NCBI GenBank assembly: GCA_918797485.1
Contig: CAKKNE010000002.1
Location: 4,092,001-4,156,000, forward strand
DNA: 64,000 nt
Origin: Pelagomonas calceolata
Lineage: Eukaryota
Direction of reading: 5' to 3'
Shown here: positions 48,510-59,049 of the stretch, one piece after another
How the letters are laid out: each line of letters begins with the position of its first letter
Numbering within the stretch: position 1 is the stretch's first letter
Notes under the pieces: model-generated
The model's input: only the letters and a program-made list of their open reading frames with translations
Database searches by the model: none
Told to the model about the DNA's origin: nothing
Made by a program: the position numbers and the translations under genes

Positions 48510-49908
48510 ATGGCCTCACTGCCACCGGAGCCCGCCGAGGGCTGCACGCTGCGCCTGGAAATCCAACCGCGCGGCCAGGCGCCGCGCCGCCTCGAGCGCA
48601 AGTTCGACGGAGACGACACCGGCGCTCTGGTACTAAGGTGGCTCGCCGCCGAGGGCTGCACCGACTGCTTCCAGGACTGGCGTTTATACCGCGTCGACGT
48701 GCACCCGGAGGTCGTGATCCAGGAGACCTTCGCCCGACAGACGCTGCAGTCACTAGGACTGTGGCCGTCGGCGCGTTTAGCGTTGCGCCCGCGGCCCACG
48801 TATCGGATCACGGTTAGGACCGCCCGGTCCCAGGACGGTGAATGTCTACTGGAGTGCTTCGCCGACGAGACCGCTTCAGCGATAGCGCGGCGCGCGTGCG
48901 AGAAGCTGCCGCTATTTTGTAGCGACCGCTTACAAGCGAGGGACTGGGACAAGTGCCGCTTAGTGTACGCCGGCAAAATTATCGAAGGCCTCGGCGACGT
49001 CGACCAGGACGCGACGCTCTTCCTCGCGCCGCCGCCGCCTACCACAACACCGGAGCCGCCAAGAGTAGACGAAGGCCCGCCGACCTGCCGCATCTGCTAC
49101 TCGGAAGACAATAGTCAAGAGGACCCGCTCATCAGTCCCTGCCTGTGCACCGGCACGATGCGCCACGTCCACGTGTCCTGTCTGAACGCCTGGCGCGCCG
49201 CGGCGCCGGACGCGCGGTCTTCCTTTAGGTGTGACCAGTGCCGCTACGCCTACCGCATCGAACGTACAAAAGTTGCGGCGTTCCTCGGGACAAGAAGGGG
49301 CGCGTTGCTCGTCGCGTTCTCCGTGCTACTTTGTGTTGTTCTTGTTATGGGCTACCTATGTCTCTTGGTCGTTCCTCCACACAAGCGGGTGTGGTTGTAC
49401 CGGTGGCTTAGATTAAGGACGCGCCTCGACCATCGCGCCGAGGAGGTCATAACGCTGGGCCTCGCCTGCGTCGGCCTGGGCATGTTCTCCCTGTATGCCT
49501 GCCTGGAGGTCGCGGCGGCGCAGCACTTCCGGCGGCCGACGCCGGCCGCGTTACTGGCGGTCTGGATCGCGGCCGAGGTGCGAGATGCGCGGCGCGGGCG
49601 CGCCTTAGCTGTGGTCGGATTGTGGCTCGCGGGCCAGGCGACGTGGCGCACGGCCTTCCACGCGGCGCGGGCGCTCGCGCAGAAGATCGGCGACCGCGTT
49701 TTGGACGTGCAGGCCGGTGATTGTGCCGGCGTCTCTTACACTTCCTGCCGTCGATGATGCTCAAACGATTAGTCTTTCCAAAGGGCCTTTCGGGCCCGGT
49801 GCCGACAGAACTTTTGATGATTCACCTGAGACGCTCCTGTTTTCCTTCTGCCGCTCGGCGTTCGTGCGGCGCGCGGCCGAGCTTTCCCCGCTCGCAGGTA
49901 CTACGTAG
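48510..49908 (+). CDS. UBX-like + ubiquitin-like + RING-CH (MARCH-type) membrane E3 ligase; probable join 48510..49716, 49898..49908
   Basis: UBX-like LERKF...TLQSLGLWPSARL; Ubl CRLVYAGKII; RING-CH CRIC...LISPCLCTGTMRHVHVSCLNAW...CDQC; TMs. A GT(49717)..CGCAG(49897) intron gives QAGTT-stop; the unspliced ORF ends at 49757. Confidence 0.85.
49749..49833 (+). ncRNA. Box C/D snoRNA (intronic) with an LSU rRNA antisense element
   Basis: Terminal stem CGTC/GACG; box C-like ATGATG(C) at 49754; C'-like TGATGA at 49815; box D CTGA at 49826. CGATTAGTCTTTC is the exact complement of the conserved 25S/28S sequence GAAAGACTAATCG. Confidence 0.75.
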
Positions 49909-50503
49909 TGCGCCGGCGTGATGTGTGTAAGTGTATGATATGTTCTTTTCTCTAGCTCTAAGTAGAGCCGCCCCGCCGGCCGCGACCGCGCCAATCCTGC
50001 TCAAGTGGGCAGCCCGGGGTTTTGCGAGTGGGTTTCGTCATGGGAGAAAGCCACGCTCGCGGCCTGCGGAGTGAGCCTACTAGCCGCAGCCGAGCTCCAG
50101 CAGCTTCTTCACTTGAGTTTTTGCCCTACTTTTTTGGGGTTACCCTCCCCCGCGCTGGCGCTTATAGGGCCGCAAATACGAGGACACACGCGCCCTGTGA
50201 GACCTCCTCCGCTGGGATGCGTGCAGGGGTCTGCGCGAATGCGAATAACAATTAATTAGCCTGCAATTTGCCCATGCGGGCGGCGCGGCGCTTATTTGCT
50301 TGTTGCGCGCACTCTAAGCCCGCGCGCGACCGGGAAAAAGGCTTCCCGAGCCCTCACTCGTGGGCAGATAACTTTGGACCGCAGCCCGGACACGGCAGGT
50401 CACGGCAGCACTCGATTTGACTTGCCCGCCGCTTGCCGTCTCAACAGCTAAATACAGAGTCACGAGCCGTGTCCCGCGGGCCCACAAGCGATCACAGACC
50501 ACT

Positions 50504-51964
50504 ATGAGCAGCCCCGCGAGTCAACCGGACCGCAAGAAGGCGAGAAGGGCCTGGACGGGCGAATGCCGCACGTGCGGCGCGCGATTTAGTGGAGACGGCG
50601 CCTGGAACACGCGCGCGGCCCACGAGCGCGCCTGCGGGCAATCTATAGCTCCCATTCCCGTGACGCGCGAGGCGAGCGACGAGCCCTACGCGCCGCATCG
50701 CGACCCGGCGTCGCCGCAGTCGCTCGTGAGGCGCGCGTCGCTGTCGAAACGACCGGATCTCGAGGAGACGCCGGCGCCGCGCGTGTCTGGGAGGAAAACG
50801 AGACCCGTCGAGCTCTACAATCCATTGCTCGAGGCCGCAAGGCCGCAGTGGGGCGGCCTCGAGTCTCCGCGGTCTCCCGCACCGAGGCAGTCTCTTGGAG
50901 TCAAGTCACCCGTACAATACGCTCCCGATGATAGGAAGTTCGAACCTATTGATCCGGCGCAGATTCCCGACGTCGGTGCTACTTTGGAGGACGATGCGTT
51001 ACTCTATGAGAAATTGTGGCGGCCGTCGGGCGACCCGGGCGCCGACCTGGCTCTGTTGAGGAGAGTCGTGCCGCAGCACACGGACGAACCTATCCAGAGC
51101 GAGCACCCCGACGCGGATAATGCAACGAACCCGATGCCTCGTGAAGCAAGAGCGCTAGCGGCTCTACAGACATCAAGCAGAGACCCGGACCAGGCTAAAT
51201 TACTACTAGAGAGGCGCGACGCCGCGTTTAGAACCGCAAAAATAGGCCCCGGGCCGTCGGCGTGCGACGCTTTGCTCGTCGAGCATGGTGGTGATGTGCA
51301 GTACGCGGCTCGCTTGTACGCTCCGGAGAAGCGGGCGGCGACGCGCGGCGCTCTGTTAGCTCGCTTGTACGGCCAGCCGCGCGTCCAGGCCAACTTGTTG
51401 GGAGGTGATGACTCTTCAGCGACGTCCAAGAGTGTAGAATCGGATAGCGATGACGACGCGCCGTCCGCGCGCGTCGCGGTCGCGGACGCCTGGGAGGCGG
51501 AACCCCAGTTGCCCGCGGGTGCTTTGAGAGCGGTACCTAGAGGTGCCAAGCGAAGGTTCTACCGACGAGCACGAGCAAGATGGGGTTCGGACCATTGGAC
51601 CTTTGATCGAGGGCGCGGGCCCGTGCAGACGACGTGTCCGCTCATCTGCGAGCCGGGGAAACCGCGAGCTAGATACGCTGTGCTACCGGTCGACTTTTAC
51701 GTCGACAGCGATGATGGGCACGCGATGCTCGTGTTCCGCTGGTTCTACAAAAAGTCCGACATCGACCGGAAAGCACTAAACGCGCTGAAGAAGGACGACC
51801 CGTTCGATGCGAGGGATGAATTGGCGCTGGGCCGGGGCATCTACGAAACTCCTTTGGAGTACGTGAGGGGCGCGACGACGGTCTTCGCCGAGGCCGGCGT
51901 CGGCCGGTACTGCGCGCGCGACTATGATGAACAGAAGGGGAAGCTGTATAAGAGGCAACTATAG
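50504..51964 (+). CDS. Chromatin protein: zinc finger, ELM2-like, degenerate SANT-like and C-terminal BAH domain
   Basis: CRTC...HERAC; ELM2-like AQIPDV...KLWRP...EARALAALQ...DQAKLLL; BAH-like VDFYVD...LVFRWFYKKSDI...ELALG...TPLEYVRG. Confidence 0.7.
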   Translation: MSSPASQPDRKKARRAWTGECRTCGARFSGDGAWNTRAAHERACGQSIAPIPVTREASDEPYAPHRDPASPQSLVRRASLSKRPDLEETPAPRVSGRKTRPVELYNPLLEAARPQWGGLESPRSPAPRQSLGVKSPVQYAPDDRKFEPIDPAQIPDVGATLEDDALLYEKLWRPSGDPGADLALLRRVVPQHTDEPIQSEHPDADNATNPMPREARALAALQTSSRDPDQAKLLLERRDAAFRTAKIGPGPSACDALLVEHGGDVQYAARLYAPEKRAATRGALLARLYGQPRVQANLLGGDDSSATSKSVESDSDDDAPSARVAVADAWEAEPQLPAGALRAVPRGAKRRFYRRARARWGSDHWTFDRGRGPVQTTCPLICEPGKPRARYAVLPVDFYVDSDDGHAMLVFRWFYKKSDIDRKALNALKKDDPFDARDELALGRGIYETPLEYVRGATTVFAEAGVGRYCARDYDEQKGKLYKRQL

Positions 51965-52181
51965 TAGTCTGTGTCTGCTCGGCGGCGTGCCAGTGGAAGG
52001 TCTCCGTCGCGGGGCGCCCGCCGTGTTCGGGGCCGCGCCGCCCGGGCGCCGCAGCGCAAAGCGCACTACTGCTTAGTTGTCCACGCCATCGAGGCGACAC
52101 ACGAGTACTACTACTATCACAACAGCATGGTCTCCGACGACTCGCGGCGTGACTACGACGGGCAGTTGTAGATAGCTACTA

Positions 52182-53339
52182 CTAGTTACGCCGCCGGCGC
52201 GACGTGTCGGGGCCGCAGCCCTCTAAACCCATCATCTGCTTCCGCGTCCAGGTCGCGAGCTTCTCCCGATGGATCGACAGGCCGATCAATTCCGACCGCG
52301 GCTCGCGCCAGTTCTCCGTGACGTTGTGCTTTTTGACCCCGGGCTTCGGGTGCAACGCCTTGAAGGCGCACGTCTTCTCGAAGACGCCGGGCACGCCCGC
52401 GTGGACATACAACAACACGTCGTCGCCATCCACGGAAATCCCGTCGACGGCGTGGTCGACAATTTCGCCCCCAACGTGACTGGACTCGAACAGCCGTATA
52501 GGTGCAGAGAAGTGGGAGCCGTCGCAGGACACCGCCATTAAAATGGAGGCGGCCGTCTTGAGGGCCGTCGGGAAGAGGCCCAGCAATGTACCCGGCACGG
52601 ACGGGTTCTCATTCACCGCTCCGAAGTAGACGTCGGCTTCTTCCCTAGCTTTGTTTGGATCATGCAAGACGTCGAAGGGCTTGGGAGATGGCTGAAACGT
52701 GATCGGTCGCAGGGGCCCCCACTCGTTTTTTACGAGCGTAGAAATGGTCACCGCGCGCCCGCCACTCACAGGGTTCGTGTTGCCCCGCGCGTAGAGTAAC
52801 GTGGCATTCCCGAGCTTCGCGAGCGAGAAGCGCCCGTCGTACTCGCACACCGGCCGGTTCGGCCTCCGCTCCACACATCCCGGGTGGTCGCTGGACAGCC
52901 CCGGTATAGAATTGACGAGCCAGTCCGACGATGAGGCTAATAAACCCATGGTCGTACTGCGCTTCTGGGACGTCAGGCCGGTCACGCCCCAGACCTTCTG
53001 ATTGTCAGCAAGCACAGCGTAGTTGTGCACGTCAGAAGCACCTTTCGCCACGACGTGCGGCGGCGCGCAGCCTCGGAGCTTTGCATCGCAGCCCTTGAAG
53101 ACGTTTAATGTAGATTTCAGCGCCGCGTTCGGGTATGAGCCGTTCTTGGCCAGGAGCCAATAATCGGTGCCGACCGGCGCCCTTATGATCGAGAAGTAGC
53201 GGCTTGGATCATGACGCGGGAATCGTTTAACAACCCAGCGCCTCGTCACGAGGGCGTGGTGGTGGCGCCGCGGCCTTTGCGGCGCGTCGAGGCAGGCGTG
53301 AGTTGTGGTGATTATGGCTAGGAGCTTTACAGCTGCCAT
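52182..53339 (-). CDS. Secreted hypothetical protein, possible beta-propeller glycoside-hydrolase-like fold
   Basis: Signal peptide; HPGCVERR...CEYDGRFSLA...LLYARGN...GGRAV; AVSCDGSHFS (Asp-box-like). Confidence 0.7.
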   Translation of the reverse strand: MAAVKLLAIITTTHACLDAPQRPRRHHHALVTRRWVVKRFPRHDPSRYFSIIRAPVGTDYWLLAKNGSYPNAALKSTLNVFKGCDAKLRGCAPPHVVAKGASDVHNYAVLADNQKVWGVTGLTSQKRSTTMGLLASSSDWLVNSIPGLSSDHPGCVERRPNRPVCEYDGRFSLAKLGNATLLYARGNTNPVSGGRAVTISTLVKNEWGPLRPITFQPSPKPFDVLHDPNKAREEADVYFGAVNENPSVPGTLLGLFPTALKTAASILMAVSCDGSHFSAPIRLFESSHVGGEIVDHAVDGISVDGDDVLLYVHAGVPGVFEKTCAFKALHPKPGVKKHNVTENWREPRSELIGLSIHREKLATWTRKQMMGLEGCGPDTSRRRRN

Positions 53340-53798
53340 GCGGGCTGCCGCTTGCTGTGCATCACATCACATCCATCGCAGGTGTTATGTTGACGAGGCG
53401 TGGTGCATTCTTATGGCTTCTGGGCTGCAGTGCCATTCATGGACGGCGTCCTGAGGCGTACAACCCGAACACGGTTCGTTGCAAAAAGTTGCATCCCAGC
53501 CGTACATAGCCACCAGAAGAGCTCTCCTTACGCGCCGGGAGAGCTCTGAGGGAGATCTGCGAGGTTGCGCCTCGCGCTTGGACTTGAGCAATCACGTCTC
53601 CGTGATCCTGTCACCGCGGCCTAAACGCAGCGGTTGCGCGCAAGGTGACCGGTTGCAGGTCGGCAACAGCGTCAGTGTCTCGCACAGTTGCAGCGAGCGC
53701 AACGGCGTGATAGCTGACGCAGCATATCCAACTTCGCCGCCAGACTGGAGCAGCTCCTGTAGCTTGCTCGTCAAGGCGCGCGGAGCCAAGCAATAACC

Positions 53799-56102
53799 AT
53801 GGCGCGACGGAGGATAGCATGCGTGCTCGCAGTAGCGAGCGTCAGCGCCTGGCTCGCGCCCATGAGCAAGCCGGCCGCGCGCGGCATCCGGCCGCAGACG
53901 GCGACGATGACGCCCGAGGAGCGCATCGCCGCCATGGACGCCCAGGAGGGCGCGGCCAAGGACGTCACGGCGCGCAGCGAGCAGGACGGCCTGCCGCTGT
54001 CCATGGTCGTGGGCCAGGACAGCATCAAGACAGCGCTTCTACTCGCGTCCGTCAACCGCGACATGGGCGGCGTCCTCATTTCTGGGGGACGCGGCACGGC
54101 GAAGTCCGTGATGGCTCGAGCGTTACACTCGTTGTTACCTCCCATCGAGGTCGTGAAGGACTCGAAATACAACGCGGACCCGGAAAACGTCCAAGAAATC
54201 GATTCTCTGTTGCGAAAGCAGCTCGAGGCCATGGACGACGGCAAGAAGGTGACCGAGCGACTCGCTGATCTCGACCGGGAGATCATTAAGGCGCCGTTCG
54301 TCCAAATCCCGCTCAACGTCATGGACGACATGCTTCTCGGTAGTATTGATGTAGAGGAATCGGTGAAGCAGGGCAAGTCCGTCTTCCAGCCCGGGTTGTT
54401 AGCTCGGGCCCACCGGGGTGTGCTGTACGTCGACGACATCAATCTGCTGGATTCCGAGGCTACTAATATCCTGTTGCAGGTTATCAGTGATGGCAAGGTC
54501 ATCGTCGAGCGCGAGGGCATTTCGGTCACGTATGCGTGCAAACCCTTGCTGATCGCGACCTTCAACCCCGAGGAGGGCGAGATGCGCGACCACTTGCTGG
54601 ATCGCATCGCCGTGTCTTTATCTGCCGATGCGGCGCCGCTAGATATCACCCAAAGAGCCGAGGCCGTTGACAGTGTATTAACCTTCGCCGCGGGCGGCGA
54701 GAAGCGCGCCAAGGCCTTAGACGAGGACATGGAGGCCTCCGACGCGTTGCGGTCTAGAATTATCTTCGCTCGTGAGGAGATCGGGGACGTCACGTTATCG
54801 AGGGACCAGTTGGTCTACTTATGTGAAGAAGCTGTAAGGGCGGGCTGCCAGGGCCACCGCGCCGACATCTACGCCGCGGAAGTTGCGAGAGCCTCGGCCG
54901 CACTCGCGGGAAGAACCGCGGTCGACGCGGAAGACCTCAAATTGGCCGTCAAACTCGCCATCGTACCTAGATCTTCGTTTGTAGCGGACATGGAGGAGCC
55001 GCCGGACCTCGACATGCCGCCGCCGCCGCCGCCGCCGCCGCCGCCCCAGGACCAGATGGACGAGATTGACGAGGACCAGGACCAGGACGAGCAGCAGGAG
55101 CCGCCCGACCAGGAGGACCAGGAGGACCAGGAGGACGCGCCCGAGCCCGAGCCCGAGGAGCCCGAGCTGCCGGAAGAGTTCATGTTCGACGCGGAGGGCG
55201 TGCCCATCGACCCCGAGTTACTGGCGTTCGCCAATAAACAGAAGCAGGGCAAGTCCGGCGGGCGGGGCATGATCTTCTCGGAGGATCGGGGGCGGTACAT
55301 CAAAGCTCAATTGCCTCGTGGTAAGGTTCGGCGGTTGGCTGTGGACGCGACGATGCGAGCGTCGGCGCCGTACCAAAAGCCGCGCCGCGAGAGGCAGCAG
55401 GCGAACCCGCAGAAGAAGTACATGGGCCGCAAGGTGTTCATCGAGGAGAGCGACGTTCGCTCGAAGCGCATGGCGCGCAAGGCCGGTTCTCTGATCATCT
55501 TCGTCGTCGACGCGTCGGGCTCCATGGCTCTGAACCGCATGCAGGCCGCGAAGGGTGCGGCTCTCAGCTTATTGACGGAGGCCTACCAGTCGCGCGACCA
55601 GATCTCGCTGATCCCCTTCCAAGGCGATGCCGCGGACGTGCTGGTGCCGCCGACGCGGTCGATCGCTCTCACCAAAAAACGCTTGGAGACCATGGCGTGT
55701 GGGGGCGGCTCGCCGTTGGCGCACGCCTTGTCCATGGCGGCGCGCACGGGCATGAACGCCCAAAAATCAGGCGACGTCGGCAAGGTCGTCGTCGTCTGCA
55801 TTGGTGATGGGCGGGCGAACGTGCCGCTCGACGTGTCGTTAGGTACGGCGGAGCCCCTGGAGCCGGGCACGAAGCCCGATAGGCAAGCTCTCAAGGACGA
55901 ACTTATCGACACGGCGAAACAACTCGGCTCCATTCCTGGGTTTTCGTTACTGATGCTCGACACGGAGAACAAGTTCGTCTCGACGGGCCTGGCCAAGGAC
56001 ATCGCCGACGCGGCGCAGGGCCGCTACTTCAAGCTGCCGAAGACGAACGAGGCCGCGATCGCCGAGCTGACGCAGGGCGCGGTCGGCGCGATGAAGGCAT
56101 AG
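53799..56102 (+). CDS. chlD: Magnesium chelatase subunit D, plastid-targeted
   Basis: [34 protein letters not shown], polyproline/acidic linker, [10 protein letters not shown], v[23 protein letters not shown]. Confidence 0.97.
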   Translation: MARRRIACVLAVASVSAWLAPMSKPAARGIRPQTATMTPEERIAAMDAQEGAAKDVTARSEQDGLPLSMVVGQDSIKTALLLASVNRDMGGVLISGGRGTAKSVMARALHSLLPPIEVVKDSKYNADPENVQEIDSLLRKQLEAMDDGKKVTERLADLDREIIKAPFVQIPLNVMDDMLLGSIDVEESVKQGKSVFQPGLLARAHRGVLYVDDINLLDSEATNILLQVISDGKVIVEREGISVTYACKPLLIATFNPEEGEMRDHLLDRIAVSLSADAAPLDITQRAEAVDSVLTFAAGGEKRAKALDEDMEASDALRSRIIFAREEIGDVTLSRDQLVYLCEEAVRAGCQGHRADIYAAEVARASAALAGRTAVDAEDLKLAVKLAIVPRSSFVADMEEPPDLDMPPPPPPPPPPQDQMDEIDEDQDQDEQQEPPDQEDQEDQEDAPEPEPEEPELPEEFMFDAEGVPIDPELLAFANKQKQGKSGGRGMIFSEDRGRYIKAQLPRGKVRRLAVDATMRASAPYQKPRRERQQANPQKKYMGRKVFIEESDVRSKRMARKAGSLIIFVVDASGSMALNRMQAAKGAALSLLTEAYQSRDQISLIPFQGDAADVLVPPTRSIALTKKRLETMACGGGSPLAHALSMAARTGMNAQKSGDVGKVVVVCIGDGRANVPLDVSLGTAEPLEPGTKPDRQALKDELIDTAKQLGSIPGFSLLMLDTENKFVSTGLAKDIADAAQGRYFKLPKTNEAAIAELTQGAVGAMKA

Positions 56103-56481
56103 ATAGGCGCGCGGTCCTATCCTCGACCTAAGGAGGCGTGGTCGCTAGTTCTTTTTGCGGCGGGGAGACACAGTGCGTCGCCGATCCATCGGCGCGGGCG
56201 GGGGCGTCGGGCGAGGGCCGCGTCGGGAGGGGCCCTTTTCGTCGCGCTCGCAAAGGAGCGGTCTGGCGAGGCCTCTCATACGACCGAGAGCGTCCGCGGA
56301 CGAGTCTCCCGCGTGCGGAGCCGCATCTCTAGAGCGCATGATTTGACAGCTTGGAACGCCTCGGCACCGGGCCAGCGGCACGACCGACCGGCTGAGTTTC
56401 GACGCGGGGCAGCCCCGGAGCGCGCATACGTCGAAGGGAGGCCAGCACGGCCTCGATATATGCCGCTCCCAAGCCATTAGG

Positions 56482-59049
56482 ATGAGGAGCCCACTCCCCC
56501 TGCTCCTGGCTGCGGCGGCCGCCGGCGCGGCCACCGTGGAGGTCCGCTTCACGGCGGACTTCACGGACGCGGTGACCTCCACCAGCAGCACGTCCTGCCG
56601 CGGCGGCGCCTACCGCGCGCACGCGCTCAACGTCGCCAGCAGCGCCGACGCGCTCCTGCGCATCGAGGGCGGGGGCGTGGCCAAGGCCTGCGGAACCGAC
56701 GCAAGATGCGCCCAAGTCTTCGCCGCGATGGGCTACGACGCCTGGGCGCTGAACGCCGCCGACGTCGCGTCGGGGTCCCTCCAGACATTCGTCAATGCCG
56801 CCGGCAGCAAGCCCGTGGCCTCGAACTACGACGAGGTCTACACGACGACCTTCGCCGACCTCGGCGGCGCCGTCCTGCTGGCGCTGTCGGCGACAAGTAC
56901 TGCCACGTACCGCAAGGGGCTCGAGGTCGGCTGGGCCGACGCGCTCGCGGCCGGCGCGAGCCTCGACGATATCGTCGTGCTCTGCGTGTCCGGCATCTCG
57001 CAACCCGACATCGACGCGTTCGGCGCGAGCAGCGCCGCGGACGCCGTGCGCAAGATCGCCGAGGAAAACACGGAGGTCGACATTGTGATCGCGACGGGTA
57101 TCTCCTCCGACCTGCCGTCGGCAGAGGAGCGGACGAACCACTTGAATCAGAGGGTTCTGATCGTGTCCGCCGACGCGGACACCTCCGTCGCGAAGTTCAC
57201 GTTCGACATGTCCGACGTCTCCCCGGCGTCGGCGGCGGCGGTCGCGTCCGGGACATGTTCGTCGTCGTACCAGGACACGTTCGTCAAGGGCATCATCGAC
57301 GGCGACGTCGACACCGTCCAGGTCGCGATGCTCTGCGAGGACAGCGTCGCCGGGCGCGAGGAGTGCGACGCGGGGCGCGCGGCGATCGACGCGATCAACG
57401 ACAAGAACGATGGTTATTTCGACGACCTGCTACCCCTCACGAAGCTGCAGCCCTCGATCGTGGAGTTCCAAAGCTGCGGCGACAACGGCGCACGGACCGC
57501 GTGGCAGTCACTTCCTGTAACTCCCGTGGCCTCGATCGGGCCCGGCGCCACCTCGTGCGTCAAGTCCGTGACATCAACCACCAACCGGGACTTCCTGGGC
57601 CAGCCGGACGACCACCAACCAGTCGTCCTCTCGGAGTCGTCGACGGCCACGCCCGTCAGCGATCGATCTCAATACCCGAACCTCGTCCGGCTGAGCAGCT
57701 CCGAGCGCATCGTGAACGTCGCCCTGTCGGCGGTCACCAACTATTATGGCTGGGACCGGATCGCCGTCGTCTACGAGGTCTCGGACTCGTGGGCCCGGGA
57801 CGCGGCGCGGATATTTAGCGAGAACGTCAACTCGGTGGTTGGCGACCGCTGCACGTCGACCTACTGCCCGACGGAAGACGAGGCGGGTCACGACGGGCCC
57901 AAGACGGGCATCCGTTTCGATAAGACCACGCACTGGTCCGGCTGGCACAAGTACTGCGCCGGCGAATCGTCGAGGACCTGCTCCAGCGACGCCGACTGCG
58001 TCGGCGCCGACACGTGCGACGACACGCTCCGGCCTGAGGCGGCCGACGAGATCCTCAGGGAGCTGGAAGCCAACGACGCCAAGATCATCTATGTGGCGAT
58101 GCACCCCAGAGACCAGAAAGTACTTTTCGAGTGCATCAAGGAGACCGGCATGATGCATGGCGCCGGCCACGCGATCCTCAGTGGGTGGCTCTCGGAGGGT
58201 ATCTTCTTGAACGACGACGGGACGACGAACGCAGCAGCCGTGGAGGGTGCCCGGGGCGTCATCATCGCCATGGAGAAGGCCGTGACGACCGGCAGCGTCG
58301 CGCAGGACTTCATCGCCCACCGCACGCCCCGCCTCGACGAGAGCGTGTGCACAGGCGACCAGATCGCCGGAATGTACTGCGACGTCGACGGCGACGGCGG
58401 GACCATCGGCGGCTACGGGCCGTTCGTCGTAGACACGGTTTATACGCTGGCGAAGGGGCTCGACAGCCTGACGAGCATCACCCGCCAGGACCCCGATTCG
58501 GTCTACGCGGCGATCGCGGGCCTCGGTTCGTTCGAGAGCTTCTCGGGCGACGTGACCCTGGATGGCAACAACGAACGCCTGGGGTCGATGACGATCGTGA
58601 ATCTGCAGCTCGTGACGAGCAACCAGACGTCGCGGCGCCTCGGCGTGCCGCTCAGCGCGACGAGCGCGGATTTTGTCCCCGTGGGCACGATCGTCGACGG
58701 CGTGTTCAGCCCGATCGCGGGCGTGGACGTCATCTTCCCGGGCGGCACGACGGACGTGCCCTGCGACCCGTGCCCGGAGGACAAACACAAGAGCAAGGTG
58801 GACACCGGCCTCGCCGTCGGCCTCGGCTGCGGCTTCGGCGCCCTCATCCTGCTCATGGCCGGCGTGTGGTACCACCACTCAAAAAAGCTCAACAAGGACC
58901 TGGCCAAGGTCCGCGCGGATTTGCAGGACTTCAAGGACTCCGTCGTCGGCGTGAAGGTTGCGGTGAGGGACTACGTGCCCAAGGCCGTGTCGACGGGCGA
59001 CGCCGGGACGGCCGCGGCCAACGCCGTCCAGGGCGCGACGTGGTACTGA
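56482..59049 (+). CDS. Receptor moiety: signal peptide, degenerate 5'-nucleotidase-like domain, ANF-receptor/Venus-flytrap domain, TM, coiled coil; ends in TGA at the start of a WWE domain and continues in frame
   Basis: AMGYDAWAL...PVASNY (UshA-N-like); AAIDAIN...LLP, IGPGATS, LSESSTATPVSDRSQYPNLVRL, YYGWDRIAVVY, VDTVYTLAKGL, SFESFSGDVTLD (VFT); TM LAVGLGCGFGALILLMAGVWY. Confidence 0.85.
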   Translation: MRSPLPLLLAAAAAGAATVEVRFTADFTDAVTSTSSTSCRGGAYRAHALNVASSADALLRIEGGGVAKACGTDARCAQVFAAMGYDAWALNAADVASGSLQTFVNAAGSKPVASNYDEVYTTTFADLGGAVLLALSATSTATYRKGLEVGWADALAAGASLDDIVVLCVSGISQPDIDAFGASSAADAVRKIAEENTEVDIVIATGISSDLPSAEERTNHLNQRVLIVSADADTSVAKFTFDMSDVSPASAAAVASGTCSSSYQDTFVKGIIDGDVDTVQVAMLCEDSVAGREECDAGRAAIDAINDKNDGYFDDLLPLTKLQPSIVEFQSCGDNGARTAWQSLPVTPVASIGPGATSCVKSVTSTTNRDFLGQPDDHQPVVLSESSTATPVSDRSQYPNLVRLSSSERIVNVALSAVTNYYGWDRIAVVYEVSDSWARDAARIFSENVNSVVGDRCTSTYCPTEDEAGHDGPKTGIRFDKTTHWSGWHKYCAGESSRTCSSDADCVGADTCDDTLRPEAADEILRELEANDAKIIYVAMHPRDQKVLFECIKETGMMHGAGHAILSGWLSEGIFLNDDGTTNAAAVEGARGVIIAMEKAVTTGSVAQDFIAHRTPRLDESVCTGDQIAGMYCDVDGDGGTIGGYGPFVVDTVYTLAKGLDSLTSITRQDPDSVYAAIAGLGSFESFSGDVTLDGNNERLGSMTIVNLQLVTSNQTSRRLGVPLSATSADFVPVGTIVDGVFSPIAGVDVIFPGGTTDVPCDPCPEDKHKSKVDTGLAVGLGCGFGALILLMAGVWYHHSKKLNKDLAKVRADLQDFKDSVVGVKVAVRDYVPKAVSTGDAGTAAANAVQGATWY

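Noticed and set aside
49910..50500. Possible ncRNA or small gene in the ~600-bp spacer
   Set aside because: No recognisable boxes, tRNA fold or credible ORF.
6847..56102. Tetrapyrrole gene cluster (PPO and chlD)
   Set aside because: About 45 kb apart with many unrelated genes between; likely chance.
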